64,000 nt of DNA, from assembly GCA_018238155.1 (NCBI GenBank), contig JABCTZ010000022.1:1-64000 (forward strand). Reading direction: 5' to 3'. Shown here one piece after another: positions 10,685 through 20,348 of this stretch. The first letter of the stretch is position 1; each line of letters opens with the position of its first letter. The stretch is from Candidatus Heimdallarchaeota archaeon (GTDB lineage Archaea; Asgardarchaeota; Heimdallarchaeia; JABLTI01). Position numbers and translations under genes: made by a program. The notes under the pieces are model-generated. The model was given only the letters and a program-made list of their open reading frames with translations. It did not search any database and was not told the DNA's origin.

Positions 10685-10712
10685 GTAACTAATACACAAA
10701 ATAAATTATTCA

Positions 10713-11102
10713 TTAGGAAAGAAATTTATTCTCTTTAAGATAATTTTTCATTGTTATAATATAGTCTTCATCTACCTTGAGTTGTTCTTCAGCATCCGCT
10801 TTTGTTAAAACCAATCCCACACTATAATCACCCTCTAACCATCTATCATATGCTTCATTCAATGCTTTACCAAATCCCTTGTCTAACTCACCAGTTTTTA
10901 TAAAATGTTGTCCGAAAAAACTGATCGTCCCTTTATGGGAGGAAGCAGTGATATTCTTAGTTAAGAGAATGGCTTCAGTGATGACAAACATAGAATAATA
11001 ACATCTGGAAACACAGCTTGCATAATCTCCATCCTCAAGGACTAGCTTTGCAGTTCTAAGAAATCTTTCAGCTTTAGTGATGAAATCAGACAAATCAAAC
11101 AA
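10713..11102 (-). CDS. HEPN domain protein (UPF0332-like)
   Basis: KAERFLRTA...SRCYYSMF...SHKG...R..GDY. Probable start is the TTG at 11102, overlapping the MNT end. Confidence 0.88.
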   Translation of the reverse strand: MFDLSDFITKAERFLRTAKLVLEDGDYASCVSRCYYSMFVITEAILLTKNITASSHKGTISFFGQHFIKTGELDKGFGKALNEAYDRWLEGDYSVGLVLTKADAEEQLKVDEDYIITMKNYLKENKFLS

Positions 11103-11418
11103 GAGAGATACCTTCCTCTTTAACAGTGAGGATAAAGGGAGAATGATAATCGTTATAGAAGGATTCAGGAACAACGATAACAGAAACTAGCTCATCATTG
11201 TCCATAAGAATCTGCCATAAAATATCACTAAGACTATTGCGAACAGTAATTCGATTAAGGTCATCAGTGATAACAACAAGGAGATCAATATCAGAATTCT
11301 TGGTAGATTCACCACGAGCTTGGGAACCATATAATAAAATTTCTTTGACCTTTAAACCATAATTTTCAAGTAAGAAAATTTTAACCGGCTCAAGGATTTT
11401 TGCTAGATGGGCATCCAA
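11095..11418 (-). CDS. Minimal nucleotidyltransferase (MNT)
   Basis: LYGSQARGE...SDIDLLVV...VKEEGI. Confidence 0.92.
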   Translation of the reverse strand: MDAHLAKILEPVKIFLLENYGLKVKEILLYGSQARGESTKNSDIDLLVVITDDLNRITVRNSLSDILWQILMDNDELVSVIVVPESFYNDYHSPFILTVKEEGISLV

Positions 11419-11514
11419 GATATATCACTCCAACAACACTCAATAATAAATAATACACAATTACTGTTTATAAAAACATTCACAAAAAATACTAAGGAAA
11501 AAAGGAAAGAGAAT

Positions 11515-11553
11515 GAAAATGAGGGCGTAGGGGGATTTGAACCCCCGACCTTT
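11515..11553 (-). repeat. Copy 2 of the tRNA-Lys 3' end (perfect, 39 nt)
   Basis: Identical to 14016-14054. Confidence 0.96.
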
Positions 11554-11601
11554 TATTCATTCATAAAGTATTCTAAAAAGAAAATGGAAGAACTTTTTTA
11601 C

Positions 11602-12105
11602 CTATTTTTGAATCTTAAAAGTACTCTTCAATTTGGCGAAAGAGTTCAAAGTAGAAAAAATCAATAAACCTTCCTTTTTCATCAGAACAGTATCTAATCG
11701 TTTAAAGTGATAATCATCAACTAAAATAACTTCACAATTAAGATTAAGGGCAGTTGCAAGATGTAACGCGTCAGAAGCGTACATATTATAATCCTTTATT
11801 ATTCGTTTTGCTAATTGAAGGTTTTCAACAGTAACCTGCTCAAGTATAAGTTTCTTTTTATTTTCGAGCCTTTTAAGATCGGTGTCAATAAATAATTGTA
11901 ATTGTTCAGCTTCAACAGCGCTTAATTCGTCTTGATTCACCCGCTTCTTTATTCCGCGAGTAATTTCCAGATGACTCCAATGAGAGCTAATACATTGAAA
12001 TTGAGTGTGAGTGAGACAGGATTCAACTAAAGAACTACCAACTTCATTATAGAACAAGTTCCAGAGAGCAGAGCTCTCTAAGTAACAATCAATCTTCCTC
12101 ATCAT
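11602..12105 (-). CDS. PIN-domain toxin (VapC-like)
   Basis: YLESSAL...E.GS...LEI...SDALHLATA...VDD. Start trimmed to the ATG at 12105/12102. Confidence 0.88.
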   Translation of the reverse strand: MMRKIDCYLESSALWNLFYNEVGSSLVESCLTHTQFQCISSHWSHLEITRGIKKRVNQDELSAVEAEQLQLFIDTDLKRLENKKKLILEQVTVENLQLAKRIIKDYNMYASDALHLATALNLNCEVILVDDYHFKRLDTVLMKKEGLLIFSTLNSFAKLKSTFKIQK

Positions 12106-12325
12106 GAAGAGCCTCAAGACCTTGCAGCTTTTGTTGCTTTTTCGAAAAATAAGCTCGTACCTCGGATCGAGTTTTCCAGGGTAAGGATTTGAGCTTTTCC
12201 TCTTGCATGAGCTCATAAAGACCAGCTTTAAGAGCATCACTAATTGAAGAGTAGCGACCTTTCGCTATCAATGTTTCAAGGAATTTCTTCTCCTCATCAT
12301 TTAATCGGACTGAAGCAACCTCCAT
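12089..12325 (-). CDS. Ribbon-helix-helix antitoxin
   Basis: SVRLNDEEKKFLETLIAKGRYSSISDALKAGL. Confidence 0.88.
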   Translation of the reverse strand: MEVASVRLNDEEKKFLETLIAKGRYSSISDALKAGLYELMQEEKLKSLPWKTRSEVRAYFSKKQQKLQGLEALHDEED

Positions 12326-12436
12326 AGCATCACAACAAAAGAATAAACAGTACTGTATACTAAATACATAGCTGTAAACAAATAAATTCTTTTCGTTCGT
12401 TCTATATTTAATAAAGAAAAAATACTAAGAGAAATA

Positions 12437-12473
12437 GAAAATGAGTGCGTAGGGGGATTTGAACCCCCGACCT
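12437..12473 (-). repeat. Copy 1 of the tRNA-Lys 3' end
   Basis: gaaaatgagtgcgtagggggatttgaacccccgacct: 37 nt, 1 mismatch. Confidence 0.94.
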
Positions 12474-12917
12474 AAGATAAAAATTTGTGATAGTTGTTTT
12501 TTTTTTAAATTTAGATTATTAATCCCCATTCATCATCATAGAAAGATATTATTTTAAAAACTCATTTTAAATTGACAGTGAAGGACAGCTAAATTCAGGG
12601 GAAGTGAATAATGAAAGAAAGAATAGTAACGAAAGGAAACAGCCACTTGCCAAAAATAAAAAAAAGGATACAAGCTAATTATAAATCATACACATCCACA
12701 CCGTTTTCACTGTCATTTGCTGCTTTTGCACAGAGCTCTTTCACAGTTCTCATAGAAAAATATATGAGTTTGCTAGAGCTCCAATCATTCTTGTGGTGAA
12801 AGCTTTTTAATCATATTTAGTTTTAACCAAATTAAGTAGAGAAGATTATTATCAAAGTGGATTTACTTCACAAAAGTTTGAAAAACGGTATTTGTATATC
12901 GAGAGAAGGAATACAGG

Positions 12918-13886
12918 ATGAAAAAGCGAAGAAAAATAATAGAACTATTTTCCTTGTTTGTAATTCTCATATTACTTTTTGGGTTTCCAACTTACGTTCT
13001 CATTACTAATAATTCAGAAGACATCAAACATGAGACCAACAGATGGGCAATAATTGAGGATTACGATGGAAATCAGTTAGCAATTGACGCATTCAATAGT
13101 AGTATTTGGAATGAGTTACGAAAAGATTGGAAAGAGTTACGAAAGGATTCTGGAACGAATCTCAGTGCTCCAATGTTTATATTTGGACTTGTTGTATCTT
13201 ATGATAACTCGTGGCAGTTTCGATTTGAACCTTCAACAGTGTCTTCTACTATAGGGTATATTAAAGAACCCTCATATACAATTATCGAAATTGCAAATAA
13301 CTTGGAATGGCATTTATCTCAAAGGATTCCTATTGAAATAGAGTCTATTCGATTTTTTAATTTTCAAAATGCTGGAATGGTTATACTAATTATTGATGTG
13401 ATAGTATCCATTGTATCAATAATAACGTTCAGTTTGTATTTATTTTCAAAAAGAGAGAGAAGAAGATATAAAACGATAAAAGAAGCACTATTGGTTGCTA
13501 AGGAAACTCCAGAAGAAATCTCTTTTGCCTTGCTCTCACAAAAAGTAGATTTGAAACAAAAACAAATAGAGCACTTGATAAAAAAGAAAAATCTGAAAGA
13601 AGACCTGGGTTTACAAATCAACGATGACCGTATTCAATTTAAGGATTTGATTTATTCAAAAAGTATCTCCCAGATAGAAGAACAGTTGAGTAATTTCCTT
13701 CAAGTATCAATTAATCAACTTACACTTGAACACTATAGTAAGCTCTTTCAGTTTAAAAATGAGTTACAGGAAGCGTTAGCATATTTTGAAGAGTCTTTCA
13801 ATATAGAAAAACAAAAGCAAATTGAAACAAAAATCGAAGTGATAACGAATCTTCTGGAAAGTATCACATTAGATGATTTTAAATGA
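12918..13886 (+). CDS. Hypothetical two-TM membrane protein with an extracellular domain and a helical cytoplasmic domain
   Basis: Hydrophobic stretches at aa ~8-30 and ~153-176. Confidence 0.75.
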   Translation: MKKRRKIIELFSLFVILILLFGFPTYVLITNNSEDIKHETNRWAIIEDYDGNQLAIDAFNSSIWNELRKDWKELRKDSGTNLSAPMFIFGLVVSYDNSWQFRFEPSTVSSTIGYIKEPSYTIIEIANNLEWHLSQRIPIEIESIRFFNFQNAGMVILIIDVIVSIVSIITFSLYLFSKRERRRYKTIKEALLVAKETPEEISFALLSQKVDLKQKQIEHLIKKKNLKEDLGLQINDDRIQFKDLIYSKSISQIEEQLSNFLQVSINQLTLEHYSKLFQFKNELQEALAYFEESFNIEKQKQIETKIEVITNLLESITLDDFK

Positions 13887-14022
13887 AGAGTTGAATAAGC
13901 CACACACACGCACCATTCTACGATATGGAAAATGGAGTGTTCATAGTAGTAAATGGAGAGGACAGAAATGAGCCAATAAAAATGAAAAGATGGATGAATA
14001 AAGAAAAGAAAAAAGGAAAATG

Positions 14023-14158
14023 AGGGCGTAGGGGGATTTGAACCCCCGACCTTTATCCGATAAGAGAGTACTTCTCTTTCTCTAAGGATGTTTCCGATTG
14101 GAGATTTCTTCTCTTTTTCTTAAGAGTCCTCCGCTCTGCCTGTCTGAGCCATACGCCC
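14023..14158 (-). tRNA. tRNA-Lys(CTT) with two 31-nt introns (37/38: 14090-14120; 43/44: 14053-14083)
   Basis: Acceptor GGGCGTA/TACGCCC, D arm GCTC/GAGC, anticodon arm GAGGA-CT-CTT-A|A-TCCTT, variable loop AGGTC, T arm GGGGG-TTCAAAT-CCCCC. Both introns have BHB-like junctions. Confidence 0.92.
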
Positions 14159-14411
14159 GTGTTTTTTTCTGTATTTCTTTTGCTGTTTCTTTTATTTTTT
14201 AAATGTTCCCTTTGTTAGTATTTTTCTTTTTTTGTTTCCTTTTCTTCCATCTATCTCCTCATTTTTATTTAGTCTTCTCTCTCTTCACTATCTAATACAC
14301 TGAATTTTCCTTAATTTATTTAATAATAAGCTGTCAATTATTGACAAGATTAATACTTCCATTCCAAGAGTTTTTTTAAGTAAAAAACGAATAGTATTAC
14401 TGTGAGGATAT

Positions 14412-14603
14412 ATGACTGTAAAAGTTAAAGATTTGACAGTAGAAGAGCTACAAAAATTAATTTCTCAAACGATGAGTGATGTTGTAGAAGATTTATTGTA
14501 AGATACAGCTTGTCTGTCAAGCGAAGAATATGTACAATCAATAGAAGAAGCTAGAAAAGATTACAAGAGAGGCAAATTAACGAAACTAGAGGATTTGCCT
14601 TAA
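14412..14603 (+). pseudogene. Small antitoxin-like gene interrupted by an in-frame TAA (14499-14501); no cognate toxin follows
   Basis: MTVKVKDLTVEELQKLISQTMSDVVEDLL*DTACLSSEEYVQSIEEARKDYKRGKLTKLEDLP, with GAGG upstream. Confidence 0.6.
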
Positions 14604-14673
14604 CTTGCGAAATTGTATTGTAGTATGATTAGTTTAGTGGTTGTCCATTTATTTCCAGCGAGTAATGCGCTAT

Positions 14674-15171
14674 TTACCACAATTTAAACTTATGACCCAG
14701 AATTGTTGCGGCTTCTGAGTAATGCGCATTTGGCAGAAGATCTTTAGAGCCTTGTAAGTTTTCTAGCATTATCAATGCACCAACGAACTCTTGTTGTTTG
14801 TATAATTTTTCTTCTGTTTTCCACTTTTGTAATCGTTCCAGATGGTTTTTCATAATATCATCTGTTTTAGGTCCTGAGAAGCTTGTTAGAATAATTGAAC
14901 TGTTTCTTATTATTCTCTCCAAATCGAATTTTGTTATTAATTGAAATCTGTCCATAAACTCTCTTGAAAGTTTGATCATTTTTCCTGTAGAGGCTGTTAT
15001 TGTGTATGGTTTTGGTAGTAACTCTTTTTCTTTATTTTCAAAAGCAAACCCAGCTTTTGCTTGTATAAACTCGGTTTTCCCACCAGGGGGCATTTTAATA
15101 AACACCCACAGACCATATTTTTTCAGATATTTTGTTCCAATTTTGTATTCTTTCCATGGATTTTTTGACAT
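14674..15171 (-). CDS. Hypothetical protein
   Basis: 165-aa ORF; no motif recognised. Confidence 0.6.
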   Translation of the reverse strand: MSKNPWKEYKIGTKYLKKYGLWVFIKMPPGGKTEFIQAKAGFAFENKEKELLPKPYTITASTGKMIKLSREFMDRFQLITKFDLERIIRNSSIILTSFSGPKTDDIMKNHLERLQKWKTEEKLYKQQEFVGALIMLENLQGSKDLLPNAHYSEAATILGHKFKLW

Positions 15172-15507
15172 AATACATAGTAATTGCTTTCAGACTCATA
15201 TACCTTTTTCAAAATAGGTCGAACATTTTTTGAAATATAACACTAATTTTAACAATAGACTTTTTTTTGATAGGCAAATGATAGGTTTTATCAAAAATTT
15301 TTGCTTCATTCGTTTGCTCGAAAACTATTTATTAACTCAAAAACACTCTTACTTTATAGTTAAATCAATTAATTTATTGGTAAAATTAAAACTTAGGGAA
15401 GATAGTCAGTTATTGGGAGATTTTAGATTTTACTCTGAAATGCAACCGTACTAAATTCTTCTAGACAATTTTTAACCAATCTAAAAAAATAGCATAGGTT
15501 TACAAAC

Positions 15508-16515
15508 ATGAATTTAAAAGTAATGAAAAAGAATTATTTTATATTATTTTTAATTTTGTTGGTATTTTTTTCACCGCTCTTGCTTAATGACTATTCACAA
15601 GCAATTATAGACGATGGAAATACTACCACCGATCTTGAACCTACTGCTGCTCCACAATTTATCCTTGAAGAAGTGGGATAACTCGATGATTCTGGAAATC
15701 CAGAAGACGTTTTTATCTCAGGGAAGTATGCTTATGTTGCTTCGAGTTGGCAGGGATTAAAAATAATTGATATTAGTTGCATCAATAATCCTGTTGAGGT
15801 GGGTTAGTTTGTTGATGGTGGTTCTGCACGTAGTGTTTCCGTATCAGGAGGATATGCCTTTGTTGCGGATAGTACTGATGGTCTTGAAATCATAGACGTT
15901 AGCGATCCTTCAACACTTACGGAAGTGGGTCAGACAATTGATGGTGGGAATGCTTTAGACGTTGTTATTTCGGGTGATTTTGTATTTATTGCTGATGAAA
16001 CTGAAGGACTAAAGATCGTAGACATTAGTGATCCAAGCAATCCTGTTAAGGTAGGGCAAGTCGCAGACGGAGGTTCCGCTCAAGGAGTATATGTTACCGG
16101 GGATTATGCCTTTGTGGCAGATTATTCGGATGGTTTGGAAATCTTCAGAGCTGGATATAATGGAGATGACTTGACAGATTTTGAAGAAATTCATCAATAT
16201 TTCACAGATCCAAGTGATGACGATAGCGATGATGACAATTTGATAGATGGGGATGAAGTGTTTACTTATTTGACTGATCCTCTCGATGTTGATTCTGATT
16301 CGGATGGATTTTCCGATTATGAAGAGATACTCAATAACACCAATCCTACAGACCCAAATGATTATCCAGTTACACCTCCACCAGTTACCATTACTCTCCC
16401 GCTTGAAACAACAACTGTTACCGAATCTTCAGGTAAAGTACTTATTTCAGTACTTGGTATTTCATTTGCAGCACTATTTGCAGTGGTTGTTTTGTTCCGT
16501 AAAAAGACAACCTAA
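15508..16515 (+). pseudogene. LVIVD-repeat + Asp-rich Ca-binding repeat surface protein with C-terminal TM anchor, interrupted by an in-frame TAG (15805-15807)
   Basis: Signal peptide from ATG 15508/15523. The repeat reads PVEVG*F where sister repeats read VGQ. Same frame as the tracked ORF 15925-16515. Confidence 0.8.
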
Positions 16516-16989
16516 CTTTTCTTTTCTCCCTAGTAACTCTATACTAGGTATTTTCTCTCTTTTTTCTAATTTTACTTTAAACGAAATACTCAACCGGTTA
16601 GCACCCTAACATTTGGATTATAATTAATTAGCAGGAATTTTCCCAAAACGGAATCTTTTTTTAATAGAAAACTAAAAGCAATTTGATTGTGATTTGAATG
16701 AGTGATTTAGATAACATTGAACGAGAAATTGAAGGTTTACAAAGAACCATCTCTGAAGTTCAGAGAACTTTAGAATACTTATCAAGGAATTTAGAAAGTT
16801 ATCTTGAACGTATTGCACGTTCACTTGAGAAAATTGCTGACAAGTAATTTGAAAAGCAATTATTTTATTAAACAATGGCTTTTTTTTCATAAAAAATTCA
16901 GTTCATTTTTTCTATGTTTAAAAACAGAAAAAGATTGAATTGTTTTTTCTTTTCTTTTCAATGGATAAATACAAATGAATTAGAAAAAA

Positions 16990-17013
16990 TTCAACTGTCC
17001 TTTTGCAGTTGAA
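16990..17013 (-). terminator. Hairpin directly after the stop codon, followed by a T-tract on the minus strand
   Basis: TTCAACTG-n8-CAGTTGAA. Confidence 0.5.
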
Positions 17014-18093
17014 CTACGTTGTTTTTTTCACGGGAACACCATATGGTAAATAATCATCTATTAGTTTTGAAATTTCTTCGTGCTCCATGTCAGGTTTATA
17101 ATTAGACATTACTTGGTCCAAACCTCGATGAATTAGGCTTGTAGGATACTTACAAGCAATAAATCCAGCATATTTTCCGCGTTTATCTAGGATAAGCGAA
17201 TATTCTCCTAGGTCAATTGCCCGTGGAAAAACTTCTTCACCGACTAGCTCTGAAGCAAAAGTAGCAATAGCGGTTGCAACACCTGAGATAAGATGTTCAT
17301 TCATTTTATGAGGTGTTTCGAAGATTCCTTGGTAGAGATTAAGACCTATATCATTGTAGATATTAATAGAGATAACTTGTGAGGAACCATAAAGAGCGGT
17401 TTTTCCTCCAATAATCATACCTGCGGTAATCAAAGCTGTTCCAACACTAGTAGTTATTAATTCAGAGTGGAGAAGTACTTTCTGTAAATCTACAAATATA
17501 AATCTTAAAGCATAAACTAAGATACTAGCATAAAAAGCTACAATAACTCCAGCAATCAAGAAGTTAATACCTCTTTTATATTTCTTATTTACAATCGATC
17601 TCTGACGAATAAGATGCCATAAGAAGAATGTCCCTGCAAGAACTACACCACCAGCTAGACAAATAATCCAAATAATATTGGTTGAAGATTTTGCAACATC
17701 CAAAGTGCTATCATATTCTACCTTAAATACACCTTGAGAGAAAGTGATACCAAAAACTCCACCAAAAAGAAGAAAAACAATGTAAAGTGCAACCTGTTTT
17801 ATAGGTTTTAAGCCACTCAAAGAACTAGCGAAAAGAACACTGCAAATCATCGCAAAACCATTAGCAATTATACCTATTTGAACAAAAATTAAAGTCAAAC
17901 TATTATCTGAGGGATTACTAAAGATTATCTGTAAAATACCGGCAATGACCCAAATGGCAATAAATATTTCTAAGCTAAGAAAATAGTACACAGCACTTGA
18001 TTTCAAACTCCACTGTTTCACAATAATCGTTATTATTCCAAAGAGCATTATTACTAAAGAAATTGAACTGTAAATAAGGGAAAGAATGTTCAT
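17014..18093 (-). CDS. Seven-TM membrane protein with a C-terminal longin-like domain
   Basis: About 7 hydrophobic helices, then SINIYNDIGLNLY...LISGVATAIATFASELVG...IDLGEYSLIL. Confidence 0.7.
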   Translation of the reverse strand: MNILSLIYSSISLVIMLFGIITIIVKQWSLKSSAVYYFLSLEIFIAIWVIAGILQIIFSNPSDNSLTLIFVQIGIIANGFAMICSVLFASSLSGLKPIKQVALYIVFLLFGGVFGITFSQGVFKVEYDSTLDVAKSSTNIIWIICLAGGVVLAGTFFLWHLIRQRSIVNKKYKRGINFLIAGVIVAFYASILVYALRFIFVDLQKVLLHSELITTSVGTALITAGMIIGGKTALYGSSQVISINIYNDIGLNLYQGIFETPHKMNEHLISGVATAIATFASELVGEEVFPRAIDLGEYSLILDKRGKYAGFIACKYPTSLIHRGLDQVMSNYKPDMEHEEISKLIDDYLPYGVPVKKTT

Positions 18094-18149
18094 AAACAGT
18101 AATTATACTACCTAATTATATAATTTCCTTTCTCGGAAAATGACTGTTA

Positions 18150-18517
18150 AAAGAAAAAAAGAAGAGAGAAAAGACTCACAAAAGAGTCTTTAGAGATATA
18201 ATTTAAGAGCACCATTGTTGATAACTGAATGCGCAGCTGCTAATCGAGCAATGGGAACTCTGAGAAGAACAACTGACATAATCCAAACCAGTGCGATAAC
18301 AGAAGCCAATGGATTTAGGTTCTCCACCTTGCTCACCACAGATACCTATCTCGATATCATTTTTGCCTTTGTGGCCTTCTTCGACCATTATCTCCATTAA
18401 CTTACCAATGCCATTTTGTTCAATAGAAACAAAAGGATCAGCATCAAGGATGCCAAGATCTAAATAGAGATTGATGAATTTGCCAGCATCATCTCGAGAG
18501 AAGCCAAGACCCATTTG
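18150..18517 (-). pseudogene. ppdK 3'-end fragment 1 (2-nt frameshift near its end) plus the ppdK downstream hairpin
   Basis: QMGLGFSRDDAGKFI...GICGEQGGEPKSI...LDYVSCS. The flank aaagactcacaaaagagtcttta is also found at 38368-38390. Confidence 0.92.
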
Positions 18518-18570
18518 TGGAGGATTACAAAATTTAATATTAAAAAAGAAAAAACTAAAAAATACTGAAG

Positions 18571-20157
18571 CTATTTCCGTTTCTTATAAAAAATGAGTAC
18601 GACGAGTAGCATGACAAATATGAATGCTAGGAACCCGTATAAGAATTTATATTGAGCAGAGGAGGGTTGGAGGGGCTCAATAAATACCGTAACAAAACCT
18701 TCACTCATTACATACCTATTGTCAAAAGCATTTTGTTTAGGGAAATCAGTTGAACGTGTTGTGCCCGTGACATAACAATACCCATATTCTGTAACTGCAA
18801 TACCAGACCCTTCATCTGAAAGAATTCCGCCAAGATAGGTGCTCCAAAGTAGAAAACCGTCAGAAGAGTATTTAGTAACAAAAGCGTCGTACTCACCACT
18901 TTTGGAACTATCATAAGTGTTCTTCGTGGGAAAATTGGTGGAACAAGTCTCACCTGTCACATAGCAACTGCCATCACTGGTCGCAGCAATAGCAAAACCA
19001 CGATCAACACCATTCCCGCCAAGAAAAGTACTCCAGAGAAGAGAGCCATCAGTAGCAAACTTGACAACAAACGCATCACCCCATATATCAAGAGTATTAT
19101 TATAAGCATTCAGGGAGGGAAAATCGATTGAACCAGTAAAGCCTGTCACATAACAACTGCCATCCCTTACAACAGTAATACCACAAGCTTCATCCCACCA
19201 AACCCCGCCAAGATAGGTGCTCCAGAGAAGAGACCCTTGTGTAGAAAACTTAGTAATAAAGGCATCCAAATCACCATTTGATGTACTATCATAAGCGTTT
19301 TGTGTAGGAAAATCAGTTGAACCAGTAATACCCGCGACATAACAGATCCCATCCTCAGTAACAGCAATACCTTGCCCATGATCCACTCCACTGCCTCCAA
19401 GGTAGGTGCTCCAGAGAAGAGCACCAGCAGCAGAGAACTTGGTAACAAAGCCATCAAGAGACCCACCATTAAAAGTACTATCGTACGCATTCTTGGTGGT
19501 AGGAAAATTATTTGAATTAGTATATCCCGATACATAGCAACTACCATCGCCAGCAATAGCAATACCATACGGATCTTCATTACTACTCCCGCCAAGGTAA
19601 GTACTCCAGAGAAGTGAGCAATTTGATGAGAATTTAGCAACAAAAATATCTTCCTTACCGCTGAAGGTGCTATTAAAGGCATGCAGGGTGGGGAAATCGC
19701 AGGAATTAGTAAAACCTATGACATAACAACTGCCATCAGCAGCAACAGTAACATCATACCCATAATCCCAGTTATTCCCACCGAAGTAGGTACTCCACAG
19801 AAGTGAACCATTAGCAGCAAACTTCATCAGAAAGGCGTCTGTATCACCATTATAAGTGCTATCAAAAGCACTCTTAGTAGAGAAATCACTCGATTCAGTT
19901 AATCCTGTGACATAACAACTGCCATCATCAGTGACAGCAACACCTTTCCCACTATCCTTTGCACTGCCTCCAAGGAAAGTACTAAAATGTAACGTGAGAT
20001 TGGTTGCAGATACAGCAGCACTTGAAACGGGGAGATTAAAGCCGGTAAAAGGAAAGACCTGTCGAGGGATTGAAAAAAATAACACACTTATGAGAAGGGC
20101 AATGTTTAAACAATTTGCTACCAAACGCACTTTTTTTTCCAAGATGAATGACACCAA
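18571..20157 (-). CDS. SBBP-repeat beta-propeller surface protein with C-terminal TM anchor
   Basis: About 7 repeats of WSTYLGG...D.G.GIA...DGSCYVTG.T.S.DFP...A.D...DAFV.KF. Confidence 0.9.
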   Translation of the reverse strand: MVSFILEKKVRLVANCLNIALLISVLFFSIPRQVFPFTGFNLPVSSAAVSATNLTLHFSTFLGGSAKDSGKGVAVTDDGSCYVTGLTESSDFSTKSAFDSTYNGDTDAFLMKFAANGSLLWSTYFGGNNWDYGYDVTVAADGSCYVIGFTNSCDFPTLHAFNSTFSGKEDIFVAKFSSNCSLLWSTYLGGSSNEDPYGIAIAGDGSCYVSGYTNSNNFPTTKNAYDSTFNGGSLDGFVTKFSAAGALLWSTYLGGSGVDHGQGIAVTEDGICYVAGITGSTDFPTQNAYDSTSNGDLDAFITKFSTQGSLLWSTYLGGVWWDEACGITVVRDGSCYVTGFTGSIDFPSLNAYNNTLDIWGDAFVVKFATDGSLLWSTFLGGNGVDRGFAIAATSDGSCYVTGETCSTNFPTKNTYDSSKSGEYDAFVTKYSSDGFLLWSTYLGGILSDEGSGIAVTEYGYCYVTGTTRSTDFPKQNAFDNRYVMSEGFVTVFIEPLQPSSAQYKFLYGFLAFIFVMLLVVLIFYKKRK

Positions 20158-20348
20158 AGAAATGATTATCCATATTTCTTAAAAGATTTGTGACTATTAT
20201 TTTACATGCTGTTTTGTAACTCAAAAAATACTATTTATTATAAATAGCCTGATTGTGTTTAAAATGGTACAATTTTCAAACAGATGAATAATATAAGAAA
20301 AAGTAAAAAAAAGGATGTTAAAAACATTTATTTCCTTTCTTTATCCTA

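Noticed and set aside
11407-11667. 86-aa plus-strand ORF across repeat copy 2 (also 12611-12799, 15230-15454, 16672-16890, 21372-21761)
   Set aside because: Low-complexity intergenic or antisense frames without recognisable motifs.
8808-12473. Additional tRNA genes or split-tRNA 3' halves
   Set aside because: The copies lack D and anticodon arms, carry stem-breaking mismatches, and show no obvious complementary leader for trans-splicing.
8808-14054. CRISPR array
   Set aside because: The repeats are tRNA 3' ends and the intervals are 0.85-1.6 kb gene cassettes, not 30-45-nt spacers. No canonical array was seen near the Cas1-like gene.
18203-18514. Functional small PEP-utilising protein (also 21489-21827)
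   Set aside because: Only part of the PPDK barrel, and one copy is frameshifted. Better explained as target-site remnants.
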